In this document: positions 9,310 to 19,841 of the stretch, piece by piece
Numbering within the stretch: position 1 is the first letter of the stretch
How the letters are laid out: each line of letters begins with the position of its first letter
Virus record (IMG/VR): IMGVR_UViG_3300032132_000754
Coordinates: 121,178 to 185,177 of that record
Source: a virus
Reading direction: 5' to 3' (one strand)
Length of the DNA: 64,000 nt
The notes under the pieces: generated by a model
Seen by the model: the letters and a program-made list of their open reading frames with translations, nothing else
What the model was told of the DNA's origin: nothing
Databases searched by the model: none
Made by a program: the position numbers and the translations under genes

Positions 9310-10067
9310 GTGCCATCTCGCATTTCGGTTAATGTTTTAATTCGATTGGCACATCCTTCGATCATTATCTCTAGTTGTGCAGAAATAGCTTCATTATCAG
9401 TGCTTTCCATAGCATCTAGATAACCTCTTACCGCTTCCTTTTCAAGTTCGATGCAATCATCGACTTTTTGCGGTAGTTCTTCTGTGTCGTTGGCCTCTGA
9501 TTCAACACCATTTCGTGTGAATAAGATATCTGGCTCTTTAAAGCTTAAGTCCATCATCTCTTGAATAGAACTGTCAAGCCTATTTTGGAACGTTCCTTCC
9601 TCGAAGGTATCGTTTTCTTTCTTCTTTTTCTTTTTCTTTTTCTTCTTACCACCCTCGCCGTCACCTTCATAGGTAAAAGCAGTCTTGTTACGTCTAAAAG
9701 AACTAGGGTGTTGGGACTGGGATCTGGCCAACTTATTGGTTGGGCCTTTAAATTGGTCTTCTTGCATTTCTTCCTCTTCTTGGATGGACAAAATAGTAAA
9801 CTTGAACAAAGGATTATAAGTAGAGACGTTAAAATCATTCTCTTTTAAATCATTATAATTTACTGAGCTACCGTTATAGCTTAATTCGACTTGTCTATCC
9901 TTTACAAAGTTGCTCATATGGCGCAAAGTGTTTACAATGTCTTTGCTATCTAAAAGTCGATATCCTTGTACGTTGTAATAATCTGCATCGATACTGTAAT
10001 CAATATTATTGATACGACAATGCTGGTCAAATTCGTCATAGACTTCTTTTAACCGATCATGAATCAT
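9276..10067 (-). CDS. Hypothetical protein with poly-Lys tract
   Basis: 263 aa, GGKKKKKKKKKKE, several I/L-x-E sites. Confidence 0.6.
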   Translation of the reverse strand: MIHDRLKEVYDEFDQHCRINNIDYSIDADYYNVQGYRLLDSKDIVNTLRHMSNFVKDRQVELSYNGSSVNYNDLKENDFNVSTYNPLFKFTILSIQEEEEMQEDQFKGPTNKLARSQSQHPSSFRRNKTAFTYEGDGEGGKKKKKKKKKKENDTFEEGTFQNRLDSSIQEMMDLSFKEPDILFTRNGVESEANDTEELPQKVDDCIELEKEAVRGYLDAMESTDNEAISAQLEIMIEGCANRIKTLTEMRDGTWAPKPFNLNL

Positions 10068-10495
10068 CTTAAAGACTTATACCTACTAAAATATTTTACC
10101 ATAGCGTCAACTAAAGGATCGACTTGATTGCTAAGATTTAGAGCGTGACCATTATTTCGCATGAAACGGCGTCCGTGTTGGTTGCCGTCGAAGACCCACA
10201 TAGCTTTTTCTAAATCTGGTTTGCAACTCAAGTTCGTTGAACGATAACCAGCCGACATTCTACCATCACCAAGATTAACCATTAACTGAGGCAAGCGCTT
10301 ACGCAGACCTTTAGCTAATTCAATGTTATACTCTTCAGTTGCATGACGAACATGCATCTCAAGTTCAGTGACTCGATCTTTAGCGTCTTGAAGCTCTTTG
10401 GAAAGTTCGATAATTAGATCGTACTTTCCTTTAGCATCGCCAGGACCATTGAAACTATCAAGTTGCTCGTTTAAAGCATCGCCAAATTCTTTCAT
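10064..10495 (-). CDS. Hypothetical protein (coiled-coil N-terminus)
   Basis: 143 aa, start and stop overlap both neighbours. Confidence 0.6.
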   Translation of the reverse strand: MKEFGDALNEQLDSFNGPGDAKGKYDLIIELSKELQDAKDRVTELEMHVRHATEEYNIELAKGLRKRLPQLMVNLGDGRMSAGYRSTNLSCKPDLEKAMWVFDGNQHGRRFMRNNGHALNLSNQVDPLVDAMVKYFSRYKSLR

Positions 10496-13362
10496 TATGT
10501 TCCTACCGCGTTAAGCTGGAGCTGTCCATAGACGAACTCATTGAAGGTTATTAATTGATCGCGGACTTCAACGTCTCTAAGGATCGCCCCAGGCCATAGA
10601 CGGAATCCAACCTTGCCAACCTCAGTTAGAGGAGCGACAGGGAAATATGGGGTCGTGATTGTCTGAGGGCTCGGAAGGGCAGCCGAAAGTTGAGCATCAG
10701 GTGGTACTAACAACTTGTTCCACCATACCCAAAGTTGACCGTCTCGATACATGATCTCAAGTTCGTTCCATTGTTCTGTTTCCCCTTCAAGAGGAACAGG
10801 TAGGAAACCACCATCGACAACCTTAAACCCAAGCGGATCAACAGTCGGTGTTTCATTACCAGCAACGATGAACCCGCTCTGAGTCATGATTCGACTAACG
10901 GCCTTAGTACCAGGTAGGAAATCGCGGACGAAATCGTCTGAGAAATCATTTTCGATGTTTAACCCATACGGAGTTGACATGTCTAGGATGCCAGCTGAAG
11001 CCTGAAATTGGATCGCTTCGGCCCCAGTGTTATCATTGATTGAGAATTCTAGTCTCAATGCCGGTGCTGAGTAATCTTCGTGGATCACTTGAACAACAGT
11101 AGTCTCAGCAGGACTAGTAGTAGCAGCTGCGTTTTCCAGCTCTGTCAAGTTAGTAGCATCAGGACCAGTAAGATCAGTAGCTCCAGTACCTTGTAGTTCT
11201 GGAACGAAATCTTCATTCAATGGGAACGGGTCAGAAAAGCCAATTAGCATTACTGCACTATCGTCTAAGCGATCGAAAGCTGCTTTATATTGATAGCCCC
11301 AAGTTTGGTTTCTCCACTTGCCATTCATGATACGAAGCATGCCAGATGGAGGAAGTTGTTTCCATCCAATGCCAGCACCCTTTAGAACAACGAATGAGTT
11401 ACCTTGGAAGGCTCCAGTCTCAATTGTTCCACGACGCACAACCTTCAAATAGATGTCATCAAGACTATCGATCGGAGCACGTAGCAAAATGTCCAATGGA
11501 GGGAAACGACTTGCGTCCGGGCGGCCTACGAGAGCTTTAATGTAGACGTTACGGTGATTTACTCGGTGCCAGAGGAAGACAGGACGTTCCTGGTCCGACA
11601 TTGGCGGAGTTTCACTGACGATAAGCCCAGGAATTGATGGGTCTACATCAGCGACATATTGGTTATTGATTGCGATGCCTGATGGCTCGTCTGTAGTATC
11701 CTTAATGAAGACATCGAAAGTATCAGTTACCGCTAAATCTGCGACTCGCCCATCTGGGTCGAATAGGGTGATTTGGCTAGCGCTATTCTCAACTACTCTG
11801 AATTCTACATCGATCAATAAGCCGCTGCGGAATACAAGCACTCTATCGACCAGCTCGTTAACTCCAAAAGTGGCTCCGCCAAGAGCGGCTGTTGCTACGA
11901 TTTTGAAATTCGGAGTGGGGTTGTTGAAATCGGAAGCAGGGTCGATCGCCTGGACCGAATCAGACAGTATGATTTGTACGTCTGTGCCAGCGGCAACCTC
12001 ACCATCGTCAGCAAGATATAAACGATCTTCGAATCCAGTAATACCCCACTGGGTACGCTCAAATAGACGGATATCGCTAACTGAAGACTTGGCTGAAGTC
12101 AATTCGGTGGGAACGACCCCAGGAACTTCATCGCGAGCATGTAACAAGTCACCAAATCTGATACTGCCAGTAGCGGCCCACAGAGTGCCAGGATTTAACT
12201 TAGGCTCTTTGCTAAAGTAACGACGGACTTGGCGAGCACCATTAATTGTTCCAATCTGGAATTCCCAAATTTGTACTAATTGCCCGATTGGCAGAAGATT
12301 TCTAGTAGCGTCAAGGAGTAGAGTCCTAGGGGCTTGTAGATCAGTTGGAAGGTTCTCAGGGTTTTCATAGCTCCACACATTAGTGGCTGTAAATTCGTCA
12401 CCAATTGGAGCAGCGGTATCAACTGACCAAAATCTGAGATTATAACGGTTGTCTGTAAGAACAGTGGATGTTAATCCAGTTACTACAGCCATTTGGCGGG
12501 TAAGAGTGTGGCCTTTATAAAGTAGAGAACCAAGTAGGTTAGGTTCCCTCTCGATATTCATATCAAAACGGATTTGGTTTCCGTCATTGTCCAAGCCCAT
12601 AAACCAAACATTCTGAGGAATGCCGGTAGCACCAGGAGTGAAAGCCCAACCAATATTAGTGGTCTTGTTAGAATTACGAGCTAGAATGAGTTCAAATTCT
12701 GCTTGTCCTGGAGTGATAGTATCGTCGGCGCGTTTGAAAATTAAAGCTGGATAACTACCTTTCTGGTTTAGAGCAGCGGTTGGAGAAGATGGGTTTACGA
12801 TCGTGCTTTCTGGGAGCTGATAGACTTTAAGTTCTCCATAAACGTTGACGTCCGGTATTTTACCGCCGCATGATGGCGGGCGAATTGCGGAAATGTCAGT
12901 TTCGTCTTGAATCCAGAAAATTTGGGCGCATTCCTCACATCCACAGTTTAAGGGGATGGGGGCGTCTACGGTAAACCGTACTACGTTTCCAATTCTTTCA
13001 ATGCTTAGAAATTCACTGCCAGAAGCTAGGATGACATCACCTTGTAGATAACCGCCATCATCTGGGAATCCAGCCCCAGCGAAACCAAGAATGCCTAGTC
13101 TCAATTGAGTTATGGCGTCTAATTTGGCCTTATCATCGGCGGACATGTGACCTTGAGTGTCCGTGGTGGCGATGGGTACTGGATCTTCTGCGACGTGGGA
13201 TACGCCGTGAAATGGTGGGATGATGATGTCTGACTCTTTTGCATACAGTGTACGAGTCTGAGCGTCATATCGATAGCTTATAGTAAGGCCGTCAGGACCA
13301 GCGAGGTTTACAAACTGCTGATCTACTAACGTTGTGCTTGGTGGGATTTTCGAATTTGCCAC
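10495..13362 (-). CDS. Large putative virion structural protein
   Basis: 955 aa; ATTDTQGHMSADDKAKLD fibre-type motif; GGAG SD and CAAAGATAA motif upstream. Confidence 0.6.
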   Translation of the reverse strand: MANSKIPPSTTLVDQQFVNLAGPDGLTISYRYDAQTRTLYAKESDIIIPPFHGVSHVAEDPVPIATTDTQGHMSADDKAKLDAITQLRLGILGFAGAGFPDDGGYLQGDVILASGSEFLSIERIGNVVRFTVDAPIPLNCGCEECAQIFWIQDETDISAIRPPSCGGKIPDVNVYGELKVYQLPESTIVNPSSPTAALNQKGSYPALIFKRADDTITPGQAEFELILARNSNKTTNIGWAFTPGATGIPQNVWFMGLDNDGNQIRFDMNIEREPNLLGSLLYKGHTLTRQMAVVTGLTSTVLTDNRYNLRFWSVDTAAPIGDEFTATNVWSYENPENLPTDLQAPRTLLLDATRNLLPIGQLVQIWEFQIGTINGARQVRRYFSKEPKLNPGTLWAATGSIRFGDLLHARDEVPGVVPTELTSAKSSVSDIRLFERTQWGITGFEDRLYLADDGEVAAGTDVQIILSDSVQAIDPASDFNNPTPNFKIVATAALGGATFGVNELVDRVLVFRSGLLIDVEFRVVENSASQITLFDPDGRVADLAVTDTFDVFIKDTTDEPSGIAINNQYVADVDPSIPGLIVSETPPMSDQERPVFLWHRVNHRNVYIKALVGRPDASRFPPLDILLRAPIDSLDDIYLKVVRRGTIETGAFQGNSFVVLKGAGIGWKQLPPSGMLRIMNGKWRNQTWGYQYKAAFDRLDDSAVMLIGFSDPFPLNEDFVPELQGTGATDLTGPDATNLTELENAAATTSPAETTVVQVIHEDYSAPALRLEFSINDNTGAEAIQFQASAGILDMSTPYGLNIENDFSDDFVRDFLPGTKAVSRIMTQSGFIVAGNETPTVDPLGFKVVDGGFLPVPLEGETEQWNELEIMYRDGQLWVWWNKLLVPPDAQLSAALPSPQTITTPYFPVAPLTEVGKVGFRLWPGAILRDVEVRDQLITFNEFVYGQLQLNAVGT

Positions 13363-13471
13363 AATAACTCCGCCGTATGTTTTGTCTATTTATCTTTGAG
13401 CCCTAAACATTATGGCATACCGTAGAAGAAGTAGCATATCGTATATAAAACACAACAGCCAGGGGCCACAA

Positions 13472-14458
13472 ATGTCAGACATCAAAAGCATTCCAAAGAT
13501 TGAATTGCATCAGCATACTGATGGATCAATACCTGTATCTACCACCTGGCAATTAATGGTAGAAAACAAGCTGGCACCTGTAGACACTATCGAAGAAATG
13601 GAAAAACTTCTAGTGGTTCAGCCAGAAGATGAAGGCAAGGGCCTATTAGAATATCTCAAGAAATTCCATTATCCGTTGTGGATCACACAATTCTATGATA
13701 ATTTGGAAAAAGTCACCTACGATATCGCCGCAGACGCTTATAACAATCATAATGTAAGACTGTTAGAATTGAGATATTCTCCAACGATCCATACGTTCGC
13801 GGGCTTGACCCCCAGACAAGCAGTTGGTTCAGTATTATCGGGATTGAATAATGCCAAAGAAGACTTCCCAGATTTAGAGACAGGCATGATCGTTATCGCG
13901 ATGCGTCATATGGGTGGCCATATCGCTAAAATCCTAGCACGGTTAGCTGTTTCTGAAAGTCAAGATTTGCATAGTCGATCTGGCGTTATCGGATTTGACA
14001 TTGCTGGGGCCGAAAGGGGTAATCCACCACGTTTGTTTAAGGAAGCATACCGCATAGCTGCACAAGGCGGATTAGGACTTACAGCGCATGCTGGGGAAGA
14101 TGATTCTTCTAAAGTGATCTGGGAAGCGATCGACGAATTAGGTTGTACCAGAATTGGTCATGGGTGTGCAGCGGTAGAAGATAAGGATTTATTGAGGCGA
14201 CTTGCAAGAGACCAGATTCTAATGGAAATCTGCCAAACTTCTAACTGGCAAACAGGTGCTTGGCCAAAAGACAAGAAGCACCCATTATACACTTTCTTAG
14301 ATTATGGCATCCCAATCGCCATTTGTACAGACAATACGACAGTTAGTAATACAAACCAAACCGTGGAAAATGACTTACTGGATTTAACGGTGGAAGAAAT
14401 CGAAAACATTCACTTCCGTGCGCAATCCCATTCATTTATTAAAACTGCACATGAATAA
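13472..14458 (+). CDS. add: Adenosine/adenine deaminase family protein
   Basis: PKIELHQHTDGS, ELRYSP, GFDIAGAE, TAHAGE, RIGHG, CTDN motifs; start moved to ATG 13472. Confidence 0.88.
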   Translation: MSDIKSIPKIELHQHTDGSIPVSTTWQLMVENKLAPVDTIEEMEKLLVVQPEDEGKGLLEYLKKFHYPLWITQFYDNLEKVTYDIAADAYNNHNVRLLELRYSPTIHTFAGLTPRQAVGSVLSGLNNAKEDFPDLETGMIVIAMRHMGGHIAKILARLAVSESQDLHSRSGVIGFDIAGAERGNPPRLFKEAYRIAAQGGLGLTAHAGEDDSSKVIWEAIDELGCTRIGHGCAAVEDKDLLRRLARDQILMEICQTSNWQTGAWPKDKKHPLYTFLDYGIPIAICTDNTTVSNTNQTVENDLLDLTVEEIENIHFRAQSHSFIKTAHE

Positions 14459-15365
14459 ACCAAGAAAACAAGAAGAAAAACTCAAAATCCAAATTCCTAA
14501 AAATGCTTCTAAGGAAGAAATCGAGGAATTTATCAGAGAGTTGCAAAACGCTAAAACACAAGCTCCTATCGTTGGAAAAACGAAAGAGATCATTATTACT
14601 GCAGAACATCAGGACAAAATGAGGGCTGCTTGTGCCTTTAATGCCGATCTTATGGATTATGTCAGACTTATGATGAATCCTGGTATGGTTTTAGAAGAAA
14701 TCGATTCTAGAATTGATTATTTCACCAGAGAACACGGGCATATCCCAGCTTGCAAAGGTTATTTAGGATATCCTAAATCTTCTTGCATTAGCGTTAACAA
14801 TGTCATCTGTCATGGAATCCCAGATTCGTATGTCCTTAAAGAGGGTGATATCGCAAATGTGGATTTGACTACTATCGTAGACGGTTGGCATGGAGATCAG
14901 TCTGAGACTTTTATCATTGGTGAAGTACCAGATTATGTTACAAAACTAGTTCAATGTGCTTTCGATTCAATGCATAATGCTATCGACAGTCTCTATCCCA
15001 AATGCAAGGTTAAGAGAATCGGAGCAGCAATTGAAAAAAGAACAAAAAAAGACGGTTTTTCAGTCGTAAAACATTTTCAAGGTCACGGAATCGGACAGAA
15101 ATTCCATCAAGAACCAAACATTCCGCATTTTGTTCATCCGCATTTTGGTGATTTTAAACTTAAGCCTGGTATGTGCTTCACTATCGAGCCGATGATTAAC
15201 GCTGGAAAATGGGAAGCAGTTATCGACAAAAAAGACAAATGGACTGCTAGAACTTTAGATGGTAGTCTTTCGGCTCAATTCGAACATACGATTCTGATGA
15301 CTAAAAGTGGCCCAGAAATTCTAACTATTACGAAGCACGGCCCGCAAAAAGGTCACAAATTTTAA
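14451..15365 (+). CDS. map: Methionine aminopeptidase type I
   Basis: CISVNNVICHGIP, NVDLT...GWHGD, GHGIG..FH, FTIEPMI, SAQFEHT. Confidence 0.93.
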   Translation: MNKPRKQEEKLKIQIPKNASKEEIEEFIRELQNAKTQAPIVGKTKEIIITAEHQDKMRAACAFNADLMDYVRLMMNPGMVLEEIDSRIDYFTREHGHIPACKGYLGYPKSSCISVNNVICHGIPDSYVLKEGDIANVDLTTIVDGWHGDQSETFIIGEVPDYVTKLVQCAFDSMHNAIDSLYPKCKVKRIGAAIEKRTKKDGFSVVKHFQGHGIGQKFHQEPNIPHFVHPHFGDFKLKPGMCFTIEPMINAGKWEAVIDKKDKWTARTLDGSLSAQFEHTILMTKSGPEILTITKHGPQKGHKF

Positions 15366-15658
15366 TGGCTAGAGCTACTGGATATTGCTTTACTTGCGGC
15401 AATAAAATCCCAGAAAACCCATCATATGTAGGAACTCCAGTGGCAGGAGCAGGGTTTTTCGGATCTATGGCTAAAAATCATTTTCACTGTTCAACAGAAT
15501 GCATGTCTAAGACTAGAGACAAACATCTTAAAAAAGATGATTGCTATCACGAAGACAGCTATTATCACGAAGATGATTACTATAAAGAAGACGATTACTA
15601 TAAAGAAGACGATTACTATAAAGAAGACGATTACTACAAAGAAAATGACTTCTTTTAG
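15365..15658 (+). CDS. Small zinc-finger protein with acidic Tyr-rich repeat tail
   Basis: CFTCG...HCSTEC then (EDDYYK)n. Confidence 0.6.
   Translation: MARATGYCFTCGNKIPENPSYVGTPVAGAGFFGSMAKNHFHCSTECMSKTRDKHLKKDDCYHEDSYYHEDDYYKEDDYYKEDDYYKEDDYYKENDFF
15533..15658 (+). repeat. In-frame 18-bp tandem repeat, about 7 units (GAAGACGATTACTATAAA)
   Basis: Read directly from sequence; ends at the stop codon. Confidence 0.9.
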
Positions 15659-16707
15659 CGGACTTGTTTCCAAACTGGCTTGGGTTTTGAATTTATTTTC
15701 TTGAACAGTTGATTGATCCGAGCATTATAGTAAAATTGATCTCTAAACGTTATTGGATCCGGCTCGTAATAAGATTCTGTAACAAATTTAGCGCCGACCA
15801 ACTCAGCATATCGTAACGGGTTTCCGCCACCTATTGGTTGTTCGTTACGTATTCCTATGGTTACAGGAATGAACTGCATCTTGCCATCTGGATAAATGAG
15901 AGAGAATAATTCCTCTTGTGTTTCATTTTGGATTCTGATAGTCCATAATTTCTGAAAAGCCGACATACCCCGTGGGACTGTCGCTTTAACCCATACGCCA
16001 ATGGCTGCGCCACCAGGAATTTCGATAGATTTTGGTGTGCTAGTATACGCTAATGGAGGAACGTCACCAGGACGCGTCACTCTATTTCTTGAAGTTGAAG
16101 CAGAATCGAAACTAGTATCGAAAGCGAATCCGACGCACCCATCCGGATCAGAGACTTCAGTCACCGTTATTGTTGTTGGTCCTGTAGAGACATTTCTAAT
16201 GAAGAATTTCTCATAATAAGTGATCGGAACAGTTGCCCTGCCGGTGACATCGGAGAATAAACCGATAGCTTCTAAATCTTCAGTACCAACGCCAGAATCC
16301 GAGGCATTTTCTAACCCGCCTAGAACACTAACGTCTGGTTGACGTATCACAAGTTCACCAACTAGCGTCGGGCCAGATTGTTTAGTAACGCTATTGATTC
16401 TAAACCATGACTTTTGTGTAGTAGCAAATTCTGGACCGTTAATCTCGACCACTTCGGTTTCAATATTTCTAGTCGATCCAATACCTTCAACGATATAAAC
16501 TTGGTCAATGTCGAAGAGGCTAGTACTACCAAGTTGAATTTGGCTTTCTAGCGTAAGGCCGTTTAATAACAACCTTTTTCTAAGGTCGATTGCCCCGCCT
16601 TGGGTATTTGTATCGTTTGCGGCATGGTTTTGCGCCCCATATAAGGCGATGAGTCCGGATAAAGATCCGAACCCTAGTCTACCAAATCCGCCAACGCCAA
16701 AGCTCAT
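15655..16707 (-). CDS. Putative virion structural protein
   Basis: 350 aa, beta-rich, YEKFFIRN and IPGGAAIGVWVK segments like phage tail or baseplate proteins. Confidence 0.5.
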   Translation of the reverse strand: MSFGVGGFGRLGFGSLSGLIALYGAQNHAANDTNTQGGAIDLRKRLLLNGLTLESQIQLGSTSLFDIDQVYIVEGIGSTRNIETEVVEINGPEFATTQKSWFRINSVTKQSGPTLVGELVIRQPDVSVLGGLENASDSGVGTEDLEAIGLFSDVTGRATVPITYYEKFFIRNVSTGPTTITVTEVSDPDGCVGFAFDTSFDSASTSRNRVTRPGDVPPLAYTSTPKSIEIPGGAAIGVWVKATVPRGMSAFQKLWTIRIQNETQEELFSLIYPDGKMQFIPVTIGIRNEQPIGGGNPLRYAELVGAKFVTESYYEPDPITFRDQFYYNARINQLFKKINSKPKPVWKQVR

Positions 16708-16708
16708 T

Positions 16709-17707
16709 TCAATCGGCCCTTAATAGCTTGATCACCTCTACCTTTTTACGCCACGCGGCAAGGAGATCACTCATTGTTTGTTCTAACGTATGTTTAGGTG
16801 ACCACCCTGTTTGGTTGTTAAATTTACTTGAGTCTCCATATAAGAGCGTAACATCTGACGGACGTAGCCTATCGGGATCAACCCGCTTCTCAATAGTTCC
16901 GCTAAAAGTAGACACCCCAATAAGGAGGTCGAGAAGCTCCCCAATAGAAATACGCATATTTGAACAAATATTATAAGGCTCCCCAGGGCGACACACGTCC
17001 ATAGCGATCCAGTAAGCCGCTGCAACATCTCTCGCATCAGTATAATCCCTTACACTCTCTAGGTTGCCATGTTTAATGACAGGCTCTTGAAGACCAGCCT
17101 CGATCATAGCAACTTGTTTACAAAAGCTAGATTCAACAAATGCATCCCCACGACGAGGACCAGTATGATTGAAAGTTCTAGTAATAATTGAATGGAGCCC
17201 GTGGGATTCCCAATATTGATAAGCTAAATGTTCTTGTGCACATTTACTAACAGCATATGGCGAAATAGGGCGAAGTTCATTGTCTTCAGTAATAGGAACT
17301 TCGTGTGGAAGAACTTTACCGAACTGTTCTGAAGAGCAAGCTATCTGAACTTTGGCCTCCGGAGAATACAACACTAAAGATTCCATCAAATTGATTTGGG
17401 ATACGGTGTTGTTGACCATAATGTCGGCAGGTTGATCCCACGATGATCTGACAAAGCTTGTTGCCGCTAAATGGAAAACCTTATCTGGGCGAACCTTAGC
17501 GACTACTTTGCCGACATTGTGGGCGTCTCTCAGCTCACAGTCGTGCAATTTTACTCTTGGGTTGCCATAAAGATGGGAAATATTAGAAACGTCTGACCGA
17601 TATCGAATAGTGCCGTGGACGGTGGCGTCTGGGACATTTTCTAAAATATAGTCAGCTAGGTGTGATCCGGTTTGTCCGGAGATTCCTGTAATTAGAACTT
17701 GTGTCAT
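16709..17707 (-). CDS. gmd: GDP-mannose 4,6-dehydratase family SDR
   Basis: LITGISGQTGSHLA, HLAA.SFV..SW, SSEQFG, SPYAVSK, FNHTGPRRG, GNLESVRDYTD. Confidence 0.82.
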   Translation of the reverse strand: MTQVLITGISGQTGSHLADYILENVPDATVHGTIRYRSDVSNISHLYGNPRVKLHDCELRDAHNVGKVVAKVRPDKVFHLAATSFVRSSWDQPADIMVNNTVSQINLMESLVLYSPEAKVQIACSSEQFGKVLPHEVPITEDNELRPISPYAVSKCAQEHLAYQYWESHGLHSIITRTFNHTGPRRGDAFVESSFCKQVAMIEAGLQEPVIKHGNLESVRDYTDARDVAAAYWIAMDVCRPGEPYNICSNMRISIGELLDLLIGVSTFSGTIEKRVDPDRLRPSDVTLLYGDSSKFNNQTGWSPKHTLEQTMSDLLAAWRKKVEVIKLLRAD

Positions 17708-17719
17708 ATGCTCCTACAC

Positions 17720-18040
17720 TTATGCGGATGCAGCGGCGCGCAGAAGGCTGAACCAGTCTTCTGGTGGCCCAACTAGACGATCATGATTTGGCAATTTTAC
17801 AAAAAGCCGATTGTTTTGTCTAGAGGATCCACTAATAGATACCGCTGTAGGATCAAGAATCTGAATTTCTCCTACTGGAGAATCTGGGCTTAATCGCACA
17901 AGTGTAGAGCCAGGAATTAAGGCAAGCACATCGAGAGGAGTTAGCTTGGTGCGCATAGTCCGCGCCCCGTCTGGGATTTCAACAAACCCGTTAACAACTG
18001 CTAATTTTCTTTCAATTCCAATGTCAGTCGAAAACGCCAT
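17720..18040 (-). CDS. Hypothetical protein
   Basis: 106-aa ORF in operon, GAGGTG SD. Confidence 0.55.
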   Translation of the reverse strand: MAFSTDIGIERKLAVVNGFVEIPDGARTMRTKLTPLDVLALIPGSTLVRLSPDSPVGEIQILDPTAVSISGSSRQNNRLFVKLPNHDRLVGPPEDWFSLLRAAASA

Positions 18041-18043
18041 AAC

Positions 18044-19156
18044 TCACCTCGGTATATTTTTGATCATTAGAATGTAGTTATCGTCTTTAGGGCTACCAAT
18101 ACTCCTCATCCTAAAAGAATGGTATGGCTCGAAACGATCTAAGCAATCCCTCCAATCATCCTGCCAAACAATCGCCATGACCGTCTCGCAGTTAGGATAA
18201 TTATCCAGAATCTGTCCTAACTCATCGGCATTCAAAGGAGACATAGGATCATTAGTGATGAGTAAATCAACTTCTTCTGCTTCATCAGATGCTGAACTCC
18301 CAAGAAATTCAGCCATTTCAGACATACCGTTGCTGTGTTCAGGGCTGATGTGCGGATGGATATATGATCCACCATCTATTAAAACCGCCAACCCAACAAA
18401 TCCCCAGTCTGGATTAAGATCGTAAACGTTTAACCCTTCTACGGGAAACCACTGCTTGAACAACGCGCGATAGAAATTTGGATGTCGGCTAGTATAGAGA
18501 AATCTGGCAATTTCATAAGCTATATCTTCTCTTATAAAATCCATATTCTTTTTATAAAGAGCATTTAGAGCTTTCCAAATATTATTAAAAGTCCAATGCA
18601 GTCCCAAATCATTAGGCATAAATTGAAAGATTAACCGCCTTCCTTCAGGTCGGTGACGCCTTAGTGTGGAAAATCTAATGACATTGGTCTGGAAATGCTC
18701 TAGCGGTGTAGACTTGACTTTTTCAATTTCATCCCATAAGATCGGCTTATCATATTGCGGATTTATCCATCCTTTTTCGAAAAGCTGAACTGCAAAGTCG
18801 TGAATAAAGAAACGCACGTCCACCCACCCCATTTTTTGTAAGTCCTTGTTCTTGACTATAAAATGGTTTTTAAGCAATTCATACTTTTCTGGATATAATT
18901 GTGCATTAATTTGAAATTGCTTGTGGATTGGTGGCAATGTTTCAGTGATTAGATTTTCAAAGTCTGGAGTAAAAAGATTTACAGTGCGTTTATTGTAAGC
19001 ATCTTCATTTAATGCCCAGTATTCAGTAATCCCGGTGTCGAATGTTACTCTGAGGAAGTAGTAGGTTCTTTCAACTCTTACTACGTGGGGATGTTCGTCG
19101 AGGTAATTTTCCAAATCTCTGAGCAAAAGTTTGGTCGCGATCCACTCTTTTCCCAT
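18044..19156 (-). CDS. Hypothetical protein with degenerate methyltransferase-like C-terminal half
   Basis: HPNFYRALF...VYDLNPDWGFVG loosely resembles a SAM-binding motif I, but key glycines are missing. Confidence 0.4.
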   Translation of the reverse strand: MGKEWIATKLLLRDLENYLDEHPHVVRVERTYYFLRVTFDTGITEYWALNEDAYNKRTVNLFTPDFENLITETLPPIHKQFQINAQLYPEKYELLKNHFIVKNKDLQKMGWVDVRFFIHDFAVQLFEKGWINPQYDKPILWDEIEKVKSTPLEHFQTNVIRFSTLRRHRPEGRRLIFQFMPNDLGLHWTFNNIWKALNALYKKNMDFIREDIAYEIARFLYTSRHPNFYRALFKQWFPVEGLNVYDLNPDWGFVGLAVLIDGGSYIHPHISPEHSNGMSEMAEFLGSSASDEAEEVDLLITNDPMSPLNADELGQILDNYPNCETVMAIVWQDDWRDCLDRFEPYHSFRMRSIGSPKDDNYILMIKNIPR

Positions 19157-19841
19157 TAGAATACCTCTTACCCCTGATAATCATATTTATCGTTCCAGCC
19201 CTATATTGCTCATAGAATGAATCGCGGGCGGCACGAATTTCTTTAAGTGTAGCCTTCCTAGTGTTATAAATATTAGATTCTGCTAATCCGCGCGTTCTGA
19301 TTTGGAATAAAGCTAGCCAATTGGCGATCGTCTGATGAGAAACACCGGCTAACCCGGCGCATTGATGAAGAGTATACCCACACCCACCATCGTCATCAGA
19401 TTCGAACCCATTAGACTCGCACCATTTTAGATAATCTTTACGACGAGAATAATAGTATTGTAACCATCCTTCTTCGCAACACGGATTTTTGGAGTAAACA
19501 GATTCTTCATGTGTTCTTCTCCGGATCCCATGTCGTTTCAATCTTCTAGCGACTTTATCCCAATCATTAGGATGGCCAATTAAAGCTGCGATAGCTGTTA
19601 AACCCATGCCTTTCTGGACATAGTGTTCTTCGAAGAAAGCTTTATTATCCCATCCTACTACTGGAGTTGGCAACGGTTTTACTGGTTTAACATAGCCGTT
19701 AACAATAACGCCACAACGACGTTTCCATATAACAATAGTATCAACAGATCGATCAGCCAAGACAGCTAACTCAACATTGGTTAGCCCCTTATTGATGCTG
19801 AAAAAATCTCTAAGAGAATTGTTGTCTCGTGGGTTTGGCAT
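19071..19841 (-). CDS. Multi-HTH DNA-binding protein
   Basis: Three HTH-like segments (TNVELAVLADRSVDTIVIW, GLTAIAALIG...RRLKRHGI, TLHQCAGLAGVSHQTIANWL). Confidence 0.6.
   Translation of the reverse strand: MPNPRDNNSLRDFFSINKGLTNVELAVLADRSVDTIVIWKRRCGVIVNGYVKPVKPLPTPVVGWDNKAFFEEHYVQKGMGLTAIAALIGHPNDWDKVARRLKRHGIRRRTHEESVYSKNPCCEEGWLQYYYSRRKDYLKWCESNGFESDDDGGCGYTLHQCAGLAGVSHQTIANWLALFQIRTRGLAESNIYNTRKATLKEIRAARDSFYEQYRAGTINMIIRGKRYSNGKRVDRDQTFAQRFGKLPRRTSPRSKS

Noticed and set aside
15533-15658. 18-bp repeat as a CRISPR array
   Set aside because: Units are contiguous with no spacers and are in-frame coding
18044-19156. Active DNA methyltransferase
   Set aside because: Motif I is degenerate and no clear DPPY/SPPY catalytic motif is present
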